From IMG/VR virus record IMGVR_UViG_3300016469_000254, positions 1-36,945 of that record: a stretch of 36,945 nt of DNA; one strand, given 5' to 3'. The DNA is from a virus (taxonomy: Duplodnaviria > Caudoviricetes). Made by a program: the position numbers and the translations under genes. The notes under the pieces are model-generated. The model did no database searches. It was not told where the DNA came from and saw only the letters and a list, made by a program, of their open reading frames with translations. Below, one piece after another: positions 25,723-33,011 of the stretch. Position 1 is the first letter of the stretch, and every line of letters starts with the position of its first letter.

Positions 25723-26064
25723 TTACCCGCCCCCGCGCGTAGATCGTCCCGTCCGCGCGGGGGCGGGCTGTTTCGCTTTCTTCGTCGGAAACAGCAGCGC
25801 CAGCCGCCGGTCGGACGGATCGTGCGAGCGGAACATGAGACCCCATTCCGACAGCTTGTCGGCGCCCCGGGATACGGACGGCTTCGGCACGCCCATGGCG
25901 CGGGCCACGGCGCCGACGGTGGTGCCGGGGTTGGCCATGACGACGGCCAGGATGGCGGCCTGTCGGCAGGTCAGTTGTTCAGCGTCCATCCAACGGAGGT
26001 AGGGCTCGGCCTCTGGCGGAAGCGTGATTGTCTCGGCCTGTCGGCTCGCGGGTTGGTGTCCCAT
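25723..26064 (-). CDS. MarR-family winged-helix transcriptional regulator
   Basis: LTCRQAAIL, TVGAVARAMGVPKPSVSRGADKL...GL...DPSDRR; SD GAGG. Confidence 0.85.
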   Translation of the reverse strand: MGHQPASRQAETITLPPEAEPYLRWMDAEQLTCRQAAILAVVMANPGTTVGAVARAMGVPKPSVSRGADKLSEWGLMFRSHDPSDRRLALLFPTKKAKQPAPARTGRSTRGGG

Positions 26065-26096
26065 CTGGTCGGTCCTCTTGTGTTAGGTGTTGGGTG

Positions 26097-26321
26097 TTAC
26101 GGAAGGCGGATGCGCAGATCGTAGCTCTGGCCGTAGAACGTGACCGCGCGGGGGCGGTCGTCGTCGTCCCACTCGATGCCCACGCGGTCTGGGTGCGTGC
26201 GGTCGTCCGGCACGGCCAGCCCATCGCGCTCTGCGAGCCACTGGGCGTAAAGCGTGACGCGGTAGCGTCGGAGGTCGTCGCCGCGATAGCGGTGGTGCAG
26301 GGTGGCGGGGTCGTCGATCAT
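26097..26321 (-). CDS. Hypothetical protein
   Basis: SD AAGGA, ATGA coupling; MIDDPATLHHRY... Confidence 0.6.
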   Translation of the reverse strand: MIDDPATLHHRYRGDDLRRYRVTLYAQWLAERDGLAVPDDRTHPDRVGIEWDDDDRPRAVTFYGQSYDLRIRLP

Positions 26322-26524
26322 GGCGTGTTGTCCTTCTGCTGTTGGTGGATCATCCCGCGCAGATGCGCGAGCGTCTTTTCGGCGTCCTCGATCAGCCAAT
26401 GGAGGCCCATCAGCACGCCTTGCGGCACGCGCAGAAGCTCGGCGTCGGCGTGGAGCTTGGCCAAGTCGAGGCGGATGGCGCCCAGCCGATCGGCTACGGC
26501 TGCGGGCGTGTCGGGGGCGGTCAT
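26318..26524 (-). CDS. Hypothetical protein
   Basis: SD GGAGG; ATGA coupling on both sides. Confidence 0.6.
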   Translation of the reverse strand: MTAPDTPAAVADRLGAIRLDLAKLHADAELLRVPQGVLMGLHWLIEDAEKTLAHLRGMIHQQQKDNTP

Positions 26525-26721
26525 GCGCCGCCCTCCAGATGCGCCCGCTCGGCGGTGATGTAGTCCCGCAAAATGCGGCGGATAGCGTCGCCCATGTCGC
26601 CGGAGAAGTAGTGCCCGGCGAAGCCGCCATCTGTCTGCCCTAGCGCGTCCTGTATGGTGGCGACGGCGGCATTAAGCGCCACCTCCGCAAGCGTGTCGTC
26701 ATCCAGTGTTGTGCTGTCCAT
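26521..26721 (-). CDS. Hypothetical protein (alternative start 26754)
   Basis: SD AAGGA; IQDALGQTDGGFAGHYFSGD motif. Confidence 0.6.
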   Translation of the reverse strand: MDSTTLDDDTLAEVALNAAVATIQDALGQTDGGFAGHYFSGDMGDAIRRILRDYITAERAHLEGGA

Positions 26722-26750
26722 GTTGGCGTTCCTTTCCGTGTTGGCGGTGG

Positions 26751-27026
26751 TCATGCGAGGTGGTCCCAATAGGCCGCGATGATGGCCTCATCCGGCGGCA
26801 GGTGGTCGGAGTGCGGATCGGCGCGGTAATAGTCGCGCGCGATCCGCAGCAGATGCGCCAGCGCGGCGGCGGGCTCGTTTCCGTCGTCGTTGGTGTCGAG
26901 GAGAAGCGCCCCCGTGTCGGGGTCGCCGGCCCAAATCTCGGCGCTTGTCACATGACCGCAGGGGTCACGGCGCCAGATGACGCGCAGCGGCGGCATTTCT
27001 TCTAGGTGATAGACAGTCTCGGTCAT
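26751..27026 (-). CDS. Hypothetical protein
   Basis: SD GAGGGAG; MTETVYHLEEMPP... Confidence 0.55.
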   Translation of the reverse strand: MTETVYHLEEMPPLRVIWRRDPCGHVTSAEIWAGDPDTGALLLDTNDDGNEPAAALAHLLRIARDYYRADPHSDHLPPDEAIIAAYWDHLA

Positions 27027-27042
27027 GACGGCGGGCTCCCTC

Positions 27043-27393
27043 TCAAACGGCTTGCAGAACGTCAAAGCCTGCGATCCGCAGGTGTTCATTCCAGCGGTAA
27101 CCGTCGTTCTGCGACAATGCGGAGAAGAAGGCGTCCATTTGCGTGTTGCTTCCGGCGTGCGGAACTTTGCGGGCAGCGGAAGCACACGCGGCGGTGTGCT
27201 TGTCGTATCCGCCGCCGGCGGCGAAGCCGCGCACCATGGGCGAGCCCAGCCAATGGACGTACGCGTAAAGGCGGCTTGCACCATCGCGCGGGTATTTAAA
27301 CGCGACCGTGGCGACGCGCTCGCCGCGGTGCATGACGACGTAAGCCGAGACGCTGGCGAAGGCGGCGCGGTGCTGCTGGTAGATGTCGGTCAT
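27043..27393 (-). CDS. Hypothetical early protein (GGGYDK motif)
   Basis: SD AAGGGA before the ATG at 27393; has its own upstream promoter candidate. Confidence 0.7.
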   Translation of the reverse strand: MTDIYQQHRAAFASVSAYVVMHRGERVATVAFKYPRDGASRLYAYVHWLGSPMVRGFAAGGGYDKHTAACASAARKVPHAGSNTQMDAFFSALSQNDGYRWNEHLRIAGFDVLQAV

Positions 27394-27430
27394 GGTTGTC
27401 TGTCCCTTGTGTGCGGTGGTCGCAAAAGAC

Positions 27431-27459
27431 TGTGTAGCGATATGGGTGACGGAGTGCAA
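27431..27459 (-). promoter_or_regulatory. Leftward sigma70-type promoter candidate
   Basis: TTGCAC-17-TACACA, with GC immediately before the -10; intergenic. Confidence 0.5.
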
Positions 27460-27465
27460 TAGGGT

Positions 27466-27576
27466 TTATGGGGTAACGATTAAGAGAGCCCAAAGGGCCG
27501 CGATGCAGAGGGCCCATGCGAGGGCGGCGCCAACGGCGCGGGCGAGGGTGCGGGCGAGGGTGCGGGCGAGGGTCAT
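27466..27576 (-). CDS. 36-aa membrane peptide with (TLAR)x3 N-terminus (absent from ORF track)
   Basis: SD GGAGG; MTLARTLARTLARAVGAALAWALCIAALWALLIVTP; perfect 12-bp repeat x3 at 27538-27573. Confidence 0.6.
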   Translation of the reverse strand: MTLARTLARTLARAVGAALAWALCIAALWALLIVTP

Positions 27577-27579
27577 GGT

Positions 27580-27768
27580 TCAAGCCTCCGTGTTGGCGGT
27601 TGCGGCGATAACGAAATCCTCAGCGCGCAGGGTCTTATCCGTGAAGTACCCGCGCGCGACGTAGACCGGGATCACCTCGCGCAAGTGGCGCTCGGCGCGG
27701 TCGAGGCTGTCAAAAATGGCATGGATAGCGAGCGGGTTGCGGCGCTCGGCGATGTAGTACTGGCGCAT
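27580..27768 (-). CDS. Hypothetical protein
   Basis: SD AAGGAG; MRQYYIAERRNPLAIHAIFDSLDRAE... Confidence 0.7.
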   Translation of the reverse strand: MRQYYIAERRNPLAIHAIFDSLDRAERHLREVIPVYVARGYFTDKTLRAEDFVIAATANTEA

Positions 27769-27781
27769 GGTGTCGGGCTCC

Positions 27782-27922
27782 TTACAGGTATTGGCGGCGG
27801 ATGCGCCGCGCGTCTTGCAGCCAGAAATATGCCCAGTAACGGCTCCCGGCGCGGCGGGCTTCGGCGGCGCGGCGCAGTGCATGGGCGGCCATGTCGCGGT
27901 GGTTGGCGTGGGTGGCGGGCAT
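27782..27922 (-). CDS. Small basic hypothetical protein
   Basis: MPATHANHRDMAAHALRRAAEARRAG...; fills the gap in the operon. Confidence 0.55.
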   Translation of the reverse strand: MPATHANHRDMAAHALRRAAEARRAGSRYWAYFWLQDARRIRRQYL

Positions 27923-27936
27923 GGTGGCGGGGCCTT

Positions 27937-28182
27937 TCACTTGTTCCAAACGATAGAACCATAGGCGTCGCGCCATGCGCGGCCGGCGGTCACGGCCGCG
28001 CGCTCGGCCGCGTCAACGGCCTCGCGCTCGGCCTCATAGCGAGCGCGCAGTGCGGGAGGCGCCATCTCAAGGCAAGCGAGGAACGGCGTGCGGGTATCGG
28101 ACGCGCAACCGAAAATGGTCGAGCAAGTTTCGGTTAGCTTCGCGCGAAGCTTGGCGACGTAGGCCTTGGTGGGTGCGGGCAT
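27937..28182 (-). CDS. Hypothetical protein
   Basis: SD AAGGGAG; MPAPTKAYVAKLRAKL... Confidence 0.65.
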   Translation of the reverse strand: MPAPTKAYVAKLRAKLTETCSTIFGCASDTRTPFLACLEMAPPALRARYEAEREAVDAAERAAVTAGRAWRDAYGSIVWNK

Positions 28183-28259
28183 GCTGTCAGTCTCCCTTGT
28201 GTTGTCGAGCATCTGGCGCTCGCCATGCGCGCCCCTGTCGGAGCGCGCGGGCGCGAGCG

Positions 28260-28490
28260 TCAGTCGCTGATAAGGGCCGCCGGATCGGTCGCCTCGCGGT
28301 AAGCGGGCCAGTTGACGTAATAGACGGGGCCGCCCTTCCGCATGAGAACGCCAATCTCGCCGTGCGCGTCTAGGATGCCCTGGATGCGCTGGCGCTCCGC
28401 GATCTCGGCCTGCACCTTCGCTTCCTCGCGGGCGAGGCGGGCCTGCCGGGCGTTGAACACTTCGCTGAAGGTCTTGGGGGTGTAGGTCAT
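28260..28490 (-). CDS. Hypothetical protein, first gene of the leftward early cluster
   Basis: Strong SD AGGAGG; directly downstream of a promoter candidate. Confidence 0.7.
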   Translation of the reverse strand: MTYTPKTFSEVFNARQARLAREEAKVQAEIAERQRIQGILDAHGEIGVLMRKGGPVYYVNWPAYREATDPAALISD

Positions 28491-28524
28491 TTAGGCCATC
28501 TCCTATTCGTTGATCACTGGCACC

Positions 28525-28552
28525 ATATTAGCGTCGGTTTCTGGCATTGCAA
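28525..28552 (-). promoter_or_regulatory. Leftward early promoter candidate
   Basis: TTGCAA-16-TAATAT, with GC before the -10, 35 nt upstream of the ATG at 28490. Confidence 0.55.
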
Positions 28553-28583
28553 CAGTTTCGGTAGCACCAAGGCGAAAAATTTT

Positions 28584-28806
28584 GGGGTTAGGTGGAGGGG
28601 TTAGGTGAAGGGTTAGGTGCGGGGTTAGGTGGTTGGGGGCGGGGCGGAAGGCGCCGGGGCTCCATAGGAGAGCGCGGGGCTTAGGTGGTTTAGGTAGTGG
28701 TTTGTATACTCGTTTAGACAAAAGAGTGTTATATTATAACATATGTATATAGTGGAGTAGCGCTGCCGATTTTTTTCGGTATGCCTAAACCGCCTAATCG
28801 CCTAAC
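28584..28806. repeat. Opposed TTAGG / CCTAA repeat arrays around an AT-rich palindrome; candidate replication origin
   Basis: TTAGGT at 28588, 28601, 28613, 28625, 28681, 28690; GCCTAA at 28783, 28792, 28800; TGTTATA-T-TATAACA at 28727-28741. The repeats are certain; the origin role is inferred. Confidence 0.7.
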
Positions 28807-28876
28807 AGCTGCTCGCCCTCGCCGCGTGGCCCGACGCATCCCGTCCCGCGCATCACGTCCGCGCCAGCCACGCATA

Positions 28877-28969
28877 TGCATAGCGCCGACACGTTTAGGC
28901 GTTGCCTAAATGACCTAACGCGATTGCATAGCGTCGGCATGTTTAGGCATTGCCTAAATGACCTAACGC
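28877..28969. repeat. Tandem 45-bp duplication (48-bp period), each copy with a TTTAGGC-N3-GCCTAAA inverted repeat
   Basis: Copies at 28877-28921 and 28925-28969 are 41/45 identical by hand alignment. Confidence 0.92.
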
Positions 28970-29294
28970 TGCGCAGCGCCAGGCATTATGTGAACAGTTG
29001 AACAGCTGTTCATATGACCAGGCGTTTGAGTGTTTGCAATAGATTGTCTAGCGTATGCAATCGGCAGCTTGCTCGCGAACCCCCCGGCCCTACCACCCCC
29101 CGGGGCGCCGCCCAGAGCCGGCACCTCCACTCCCCATACGCAACCCCGCAAAAAGTACGTTGCGCACCCGGAAATAGCGAAAGTGGCACCGCGTGACCCC
29201 CCCCACCCCCGGGTCTGCTTTCGGCGCACCCCGCCGCAAAAAATAATGAAACTGCTGTTTGATCGTCGGTTCCGCGGCGTGCTACCAATCGCGC

Positions 29295-29765
29295 ATGACC
29301 GTGTTCTCACTTCCGTATGAGCCGCGGCGTCTACAGGCGACCGAAGCGCGGCTAGAGGCCATCTACAACGCCGCGCGAAAGGGGCTGAGAGGCGACACGC
29401 TGGCGCTCGCCGCTGGCATGACGCCACAGGAGTACCGCGCTCTTTGTCAGTTCGACCCGCTGGCGGCGCTAGCCGAGGAGAAGGGCCGCGCTGACGGCGA
29501 GATGGAGATGGCTGGCGTGCTGCGCGAAGCGGCGCTGAACGGAGACGCCAAGGCTGCGCTCGACGTTTTGAAGCACGCCTATGGCTGGGTTGCGAAGCAG
29601 GCCGTGCAGGTGGATGCCCAGGTCACGCACACGCACATGCTCCACCTTGAGGCGCTACAGGCGCTGGCGTCCAAGCCGCACGACGTCATTGAGGGTAAGG
29701 CTGACGAGGTCGCGGCTCTGTCGTCGCTGCCGTCGGACCTGGCCGCGCAGGACGCCCGGGAATGA
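29295..29765 (+). CDS. terS: Putative terminase small subunit
   Basis: Immediately upstream of and ATGA-coupled to TerL; N-terminal HTH-like region, GDAKAALDVLKH..GW motif. Confidence 0.65.
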   Translation: MTVFSLPYEPRRLQATEARLEAIYNAARKGLRGDTLALAAGMTPQEYRALCQFDPLAALAEEKGRADGEMEMAGVLREAALNGDAKAALDVLKHAYGWVAKQAVQVDAQVTHTHMLHLEALQALASKPHDVIEGKADEVAALSSLPSDLAAQDARE

Positions 29766-31156
29766 GCGCCGACAAGGACACGTTCGTCTCGTTCATCCAG
29801 CGTTACCGCAGTGACCCCGTCGGGTTTGTGCGCAACGTGCTGGGGGCCAAGCCGCTTCCGTGGCAGGAGGAGTTCCTACGGGCGATCGCCAGGGGCGAGC
29901 GCCGCATCTCGGTGCGGGCCGGGCACGGGGTCGGCAAGTCGACGGTGTGCAGTTGGGCGCTGATCTGGCACGCCTCCACCCGCTACCCGCAGAAGGCGGT
30001 GGTGACCGCGCCGACCGCGGCGCAGTTGTTCGACGCGCTCTACGCCGAACTCAAGTCGTGGGTGAACAAGCTGCCCCAGGTGCTGCGGGACAGCTTCGAG
30101 GTGTTCAGCGACCGCATTGTGCTAAAGGGCGCGCCCGAGAGTAGCTTCATATCCGTCAGGACCAGCAGCAGCGAGCGGCCCGAGGCGCTGGCGGGCGTGC
30201 ATAGTGAGAACGTGCTGCTGGTGGTCGACGAGGCCAGCGCGGTGCCAGAGGCGGTGTTTGAGGCCGCGGCTGGCTCCATGTCGGGTCACAGCGCGACGAC
30301 GATCCTGATCAGCAACCCGACGCGCAACAGCGGGCTGTTCTACAAGACGCACCACGACCTAGCGGCTGACTGGTTTCGGATGCACGTCAGTTGCCGCGAC
30401 AACCCGCTGGTGTCGTCGGACTTCATCTCGCAGATCGCCGCGACCTACGGCGAGACGAGCAACGCCTTCCGCATCCGGGTGCTGGGTGAGTTTGCCCTGG
30501 CCGACGACGACACGCTCATCGCGGCCGAGTTGGTTGACGGCGCGCAGGACCGCGACGTGGCCGCCAGCCCCGGCGAGCCCCTGGTCTACGGCCTCGACGT
30601 GGCGCGGTTCGGGACGGACAGGACGGCGCTCTGCAAGCGCAAGGGCAACGTGGTGCTGGAGATCAGGCACTGGGGCGGCCTGGACCTGATGCAGACCGTC
30701 GGCGCGGTGATGAACGAGGCGAAGAAGGACGCGCCGGACGAGATATGCGTCGACACCATCGGGCTGGGGTCGGGCGTGGCCGACCGCCTGCGCGAGATGG
30801 GCATGAACGTGCGCGACGTGAACGTCGCGGAGAGCAGCGCCATGAACCCCAACGCCCACCGGCTGCGGGACGAACTGTGGCTATCTGTAAAAGATTGGTT
30901 AGCAACCAAGTCGGTGAAGCTGCCAAAGGACGAGGTGCTGCGGCAAGAGTTGGTCGCGCCGCGGTACACGTTCACCTCAACCGGCAAGATCGTGGTCGAG
31001 AGCAAGGACGGCATGAAGAAGCGGGGCATGCGGTCGCCCGACCTTGCCGACGCCTTGTGCCTTACCTTCGCCGGCCAGGCGGCGGGGGTGGGCGGCCGGG
31101 TGACGCCGTGGATGGCGGGGAAGCCGCTGAAGCGTGGGATCCGAGGCGTGGTTTAG
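29762..31156 (+). CDS. terL: Terminase large subunit
   Basis: PWQ, GHGVGKS (Walker A), VVDEAS (Walker B), SNP, GLDVARFGTD, SPDLADAL nuclease motifs. Confidence 0.96.
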   Translation: MSADKDTFVSFIQRYRSDPVGFVRNVLGAKPLPWQEEFLRAIARGERRISVRAGHGVGKSTVCSWALIWHASTRYPQKAVVTAPTAAQLFDALYAELKSWVNKLPQVLRDSFEVFSDRIVLKGAPESSFISVRTSSSERPEALAGVHSENVLLVVDEASAVPEAVFEAAAGSMSGHSATTILISNPTRNSGLFYKTHHDLAADWFRMHVSCRDNPLVSSDFISQIAATYGETSNAFRIRVLGEFALADDDTLIAAELVDGAQDRDVAASPGEPLVYGLDVARFGTDRTALCKRKGNVVLEIRHWGGLDLMQTVGAVMNEAKKDAPDEICVDTIGLGSGVADRLREMGMNVRDVNVAESSAMNPNAHRLRDELWLSVKDWLATKSVKLPKDEVLRQELVAPRYTFTSTGKIVVESKDGMKKRGMRSPDLADALCLTFAGQAAGVGGRVTPWMAGKPLKRGIRGVV

Positions 31157-31159
31157 TAT

Positions 31160-31188
31160 TTGCGTGCTGGACGCAACGCGATTACGTT
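31160..31188 (+). promoter_or_regulatory. Promoter candidate for the post-terminase operon, with inverted repeat over the -35
   Basis: TTGCGT-17-TACGTT; TTGCGT-GCTGG-ACGCAA inverted repeat at 31160-31176; sits in a 60-bp gap. Confidence 0.45.
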
Positions 31189-31216
31189 CTGTGCTGTTTT
31201 CCTTGGGGTTTCGTGG

Positions 31217-31519
31217 ATGAAGACGCCGGCCTGGCAGCGGAAAGAGGGGCAGTCGAAGACTGGCGGCTTGAACGCAAAGGGCCGCGCGTCTGCGAAGGCG
31301 CAGGGGATGGACTTGAAGCCGCCGGTTAAGTCTGGCGACAACCCGCGTCGGGCGTCGTTCTTGGCGCGGATGGGGGCGATGCCTGGGCCGGAGCGTGACG
31401 AGAAGGGGGAGCCGACGCGGCTCCTTCTGTCGCTGCAAGCATGGGGCGCCTCGAGCAAAGCGGACGCGAAGGCTAAAGCGCGCGCCATTTCGGCCCGGAA
31501 CAAGGGGAAGGCAAAGTGA
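31217..31519 (+). CDS. Small basic phage protein (DUF6321-like)
   Basis: AWQRKEG...GGLNAKGRAS...RRASFLARM...SLQAW motif; family name recalled, not searched. Confidence 0.7.
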   Translation: MKTPAWQRKEGQSKTGGLNAKGRASAKAQGMDLKPPVKSGDNPRRASFLARMGAMPGPERDEKGEPTRLLLSLQAWGASSKADAKAKARAISARNKGKAK

Positions 31520-31671
31520 AGAAGCCAGTGTGGAAGACGCCCGACCCGACGAAGGGCGACAAGAAGCTGACGCCGGCCAAGAAGGCGAGCGCAAAGGCGA
31601 TGGCAAAGGCCGCGGGGCGCCCATACCCGAACCTCGTCGATAATATGCGCGCGGCGCGGAAGGGGAAGTAA
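31516..31671 (+). CDS. 51-aa Lys/Ala-rich protein (absent from ORF track)
   Basis: GTGA overlap; MKKPVWKTPDPTKGDKKLTPAKKASAKAMAKAAGRPYPNLVDNMRAARKGK. Confidence 0.75.
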   Translation: MKKPVWKTPDPTKGDKKLTPAKKASAKAMAKAAGRPYPNLVDNMRAARKGK

Positions 31672-31672
31672 G

Positions 31673-32176
31673 ATGAGCGACGTCATGCCGGAAATGGAGG
31701 AAGGCGAAGCCTGCCCCGCGGCAACGGGCGACCTGACGCTGAACCTGCGCAACCGCGGCAAGGCTATCGACAAGGCCGACTACGGCCCGATAAACCCCAA
31801 TGAACCGAACGAAGAGTACTGGCGTCGCATGGCCGCGCGCTGGGACGTGCCGGCTGAAGAAGCCAAGACCATGCGCTGCGGGAACTGCGCGGCGTTCAAC
31901 AAGACGGAGCGGATGATCCGCTGCATTGAAGAAGGCCTGTCTCCCGATCGCATGGAAGACGCGATGGAGGTCGTCGAGGCGGGTGACCTGGGCTTCTGCG
32001 AGATTTTCGACTTCAAGTGCGCGTCTGGCCGGACGTGTTCGGCCTGGATTGCCGGCGGGCCGATTGAAGACGAGGACGACGAGGAAGAAAGCGAAGAGGA
32101 AGACGAGGACGAGAGCGAGTACGGCGAGGAGGGCTACGCCGACTCCGAGGACATGAGCGCCGAGGAAGAAGAATGA
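31673..32176 (+). CDS. Acidic Cys-rich (metal-binding) phage protein
   Basis: CPAAT, YGP.NP, CGNCAAF, GFCEIFDFKCASGRTCSAW; Asp/Glu tail of about 35 aa. Confidence 0.75.
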   Translation: MSDVMPEMEEGEACPAATGDLTLNLRNRGKAIDKADYGPINPNEPNEEYWRRMAARWDVPAEEAKTMRCGNCAAFNKTERMIRCIEEGLSPDRMEDAMEVVEAGDLGFCEIFDFKCASGRTCSAWIAGGPIEDEDDEEESEEEDEDESEYGEEGYADSEDMSAEEEE

Positions 32177-32853
32177 ACGTCGCCATCTGCGTGCCCGCGC
32201 GCGACGAGGTCGCGACGGGTTTTGCTCACGATCTGGCGGTCTTGTCGGCGCGCTGGTATGCCGCGGCCCCGCCAGGCGCGCGGTTTGACGTGCATTTCGT
32301 GGCTGGGACGCTGATCGCGGACCAGCGGGCGAAGCTGGCGCGCATGGCGCTGCAATCTGGCGCGGACTACGCGCTCTTCCTCGACAGCGACATGCGGTTC
32401 CCGTCTTACCTACTTGAGAAGATGATCGCGCGCGGTAAGGACATCGTCGCGTGCAACTACGCGACGCGGCGCCTGCCGGTGAAGACGGTGGCGTTCTCCG
32501 ACTTTGCGAAGCTCGAATGTATCTACTCGCACGACAAGACCGGGCTTGAAGAGGTGGACGCGATCGGCATGGGGGCGATGCTGGTGAAGACGGAGGTTTT
32601 CAAGAAGCTGCCGCTGCCGTGGTTCAACGTGTCCTACCTGCCGAGCGGGCAGATGTACGTCGGAGAGGACATTTACTTCTGCAAGCTGGCTCAGGCGCAC
32701 GGCTTCAAGGTGTGGGTCGACCACGATCTGTCGAAGGACGTGAAGCACATCGGGTCCATGGAGTTCACGCACGACCACGCAGAGGCGTGCCGTGCCGACA
32801 TTCCGACCGACGTCGAAGAGGCGGCGGCCAAGATCATGGAGAGCGCAGCGTGA
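32173..32853 (+). CDS. GT-A fold (family 2-like) glycosyltransferase
   Basis: VAICVP, LFLDSDM (DxD), GMGAMLVK.EVF, GEDIYFC, VKHIG. Confidence 0.85.
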   Translation: MNVAICVPARDEVATGFAHDLAVLSARWYAAAPPGARFDVHFVAGTLIADQRAKLARMALQSGADYALFLDSDMRFPSYLLEKMIARGKDIVACNYATRRLPVKTVAFSDFAKLECIYSHDKTGLEEVDAIGMGAMLVKTEVFKKLPLPWFNVSYLPSGQMYVGEDIYFCKLAQAHGFKVWVDHDLSKDVKHIGSMEFTHDHAEACRADIPTDVEEAAAKIMESAA

Positions 32854-33011
32854 AGAAGATGTCGAAGGCCGACAAGAAGGTCGGCAAGGTGATGAGCGAG
32901 TACAAGGCTGGCACCCTTCGCTCTGGGTCGAAGACCGGCCCGAAGGTGAAGAGCCGGGATCAGGCGATTGCCATCGCTCTGAGCGAGGCTGGCAAGGCTA
33001 AGAAGCGTTGA
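32850..33011 (+). CDS. Small basic protein (DUF6496-like)
   Basis: GTGA overlap; KVGKVMSEYKAGTLRSGS..GPKVKSRDQAIAIALSEA. Confidence 0.75.
   Translation: MKKMSKADKKVGKVMSEYKAGTLRSGSKTGPKVKSRDQAIAIALSEAGKAKKR

Noticed and set aside
28217-28259. GC-rich imperfect hairpin between two early genes as a terminator
   Set aside because: No U-tract on either strand and an irregular stem; it could be an RNA processing site, but that is unsupported.
28584-28700. Eukaryotic telomere (TTAGG/TTAGGG) or contamination
   Set aside because: Units are spaced, internal, present in both orientations and embedded in coherent phage sequence.
28503-28721. 72-aa ORF with PNHLTPHLTLHLTPP repeats
   Set aside because: It is just the translation of the TTAGG array, and it runs over the early promoter.
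28877-28969. Possible CRISPR mini-array
   Set aside because: Only two copies separated by 3 bp, with no spacer and no cas operon; the Cas4-like gene is a standard phage exonuclease.
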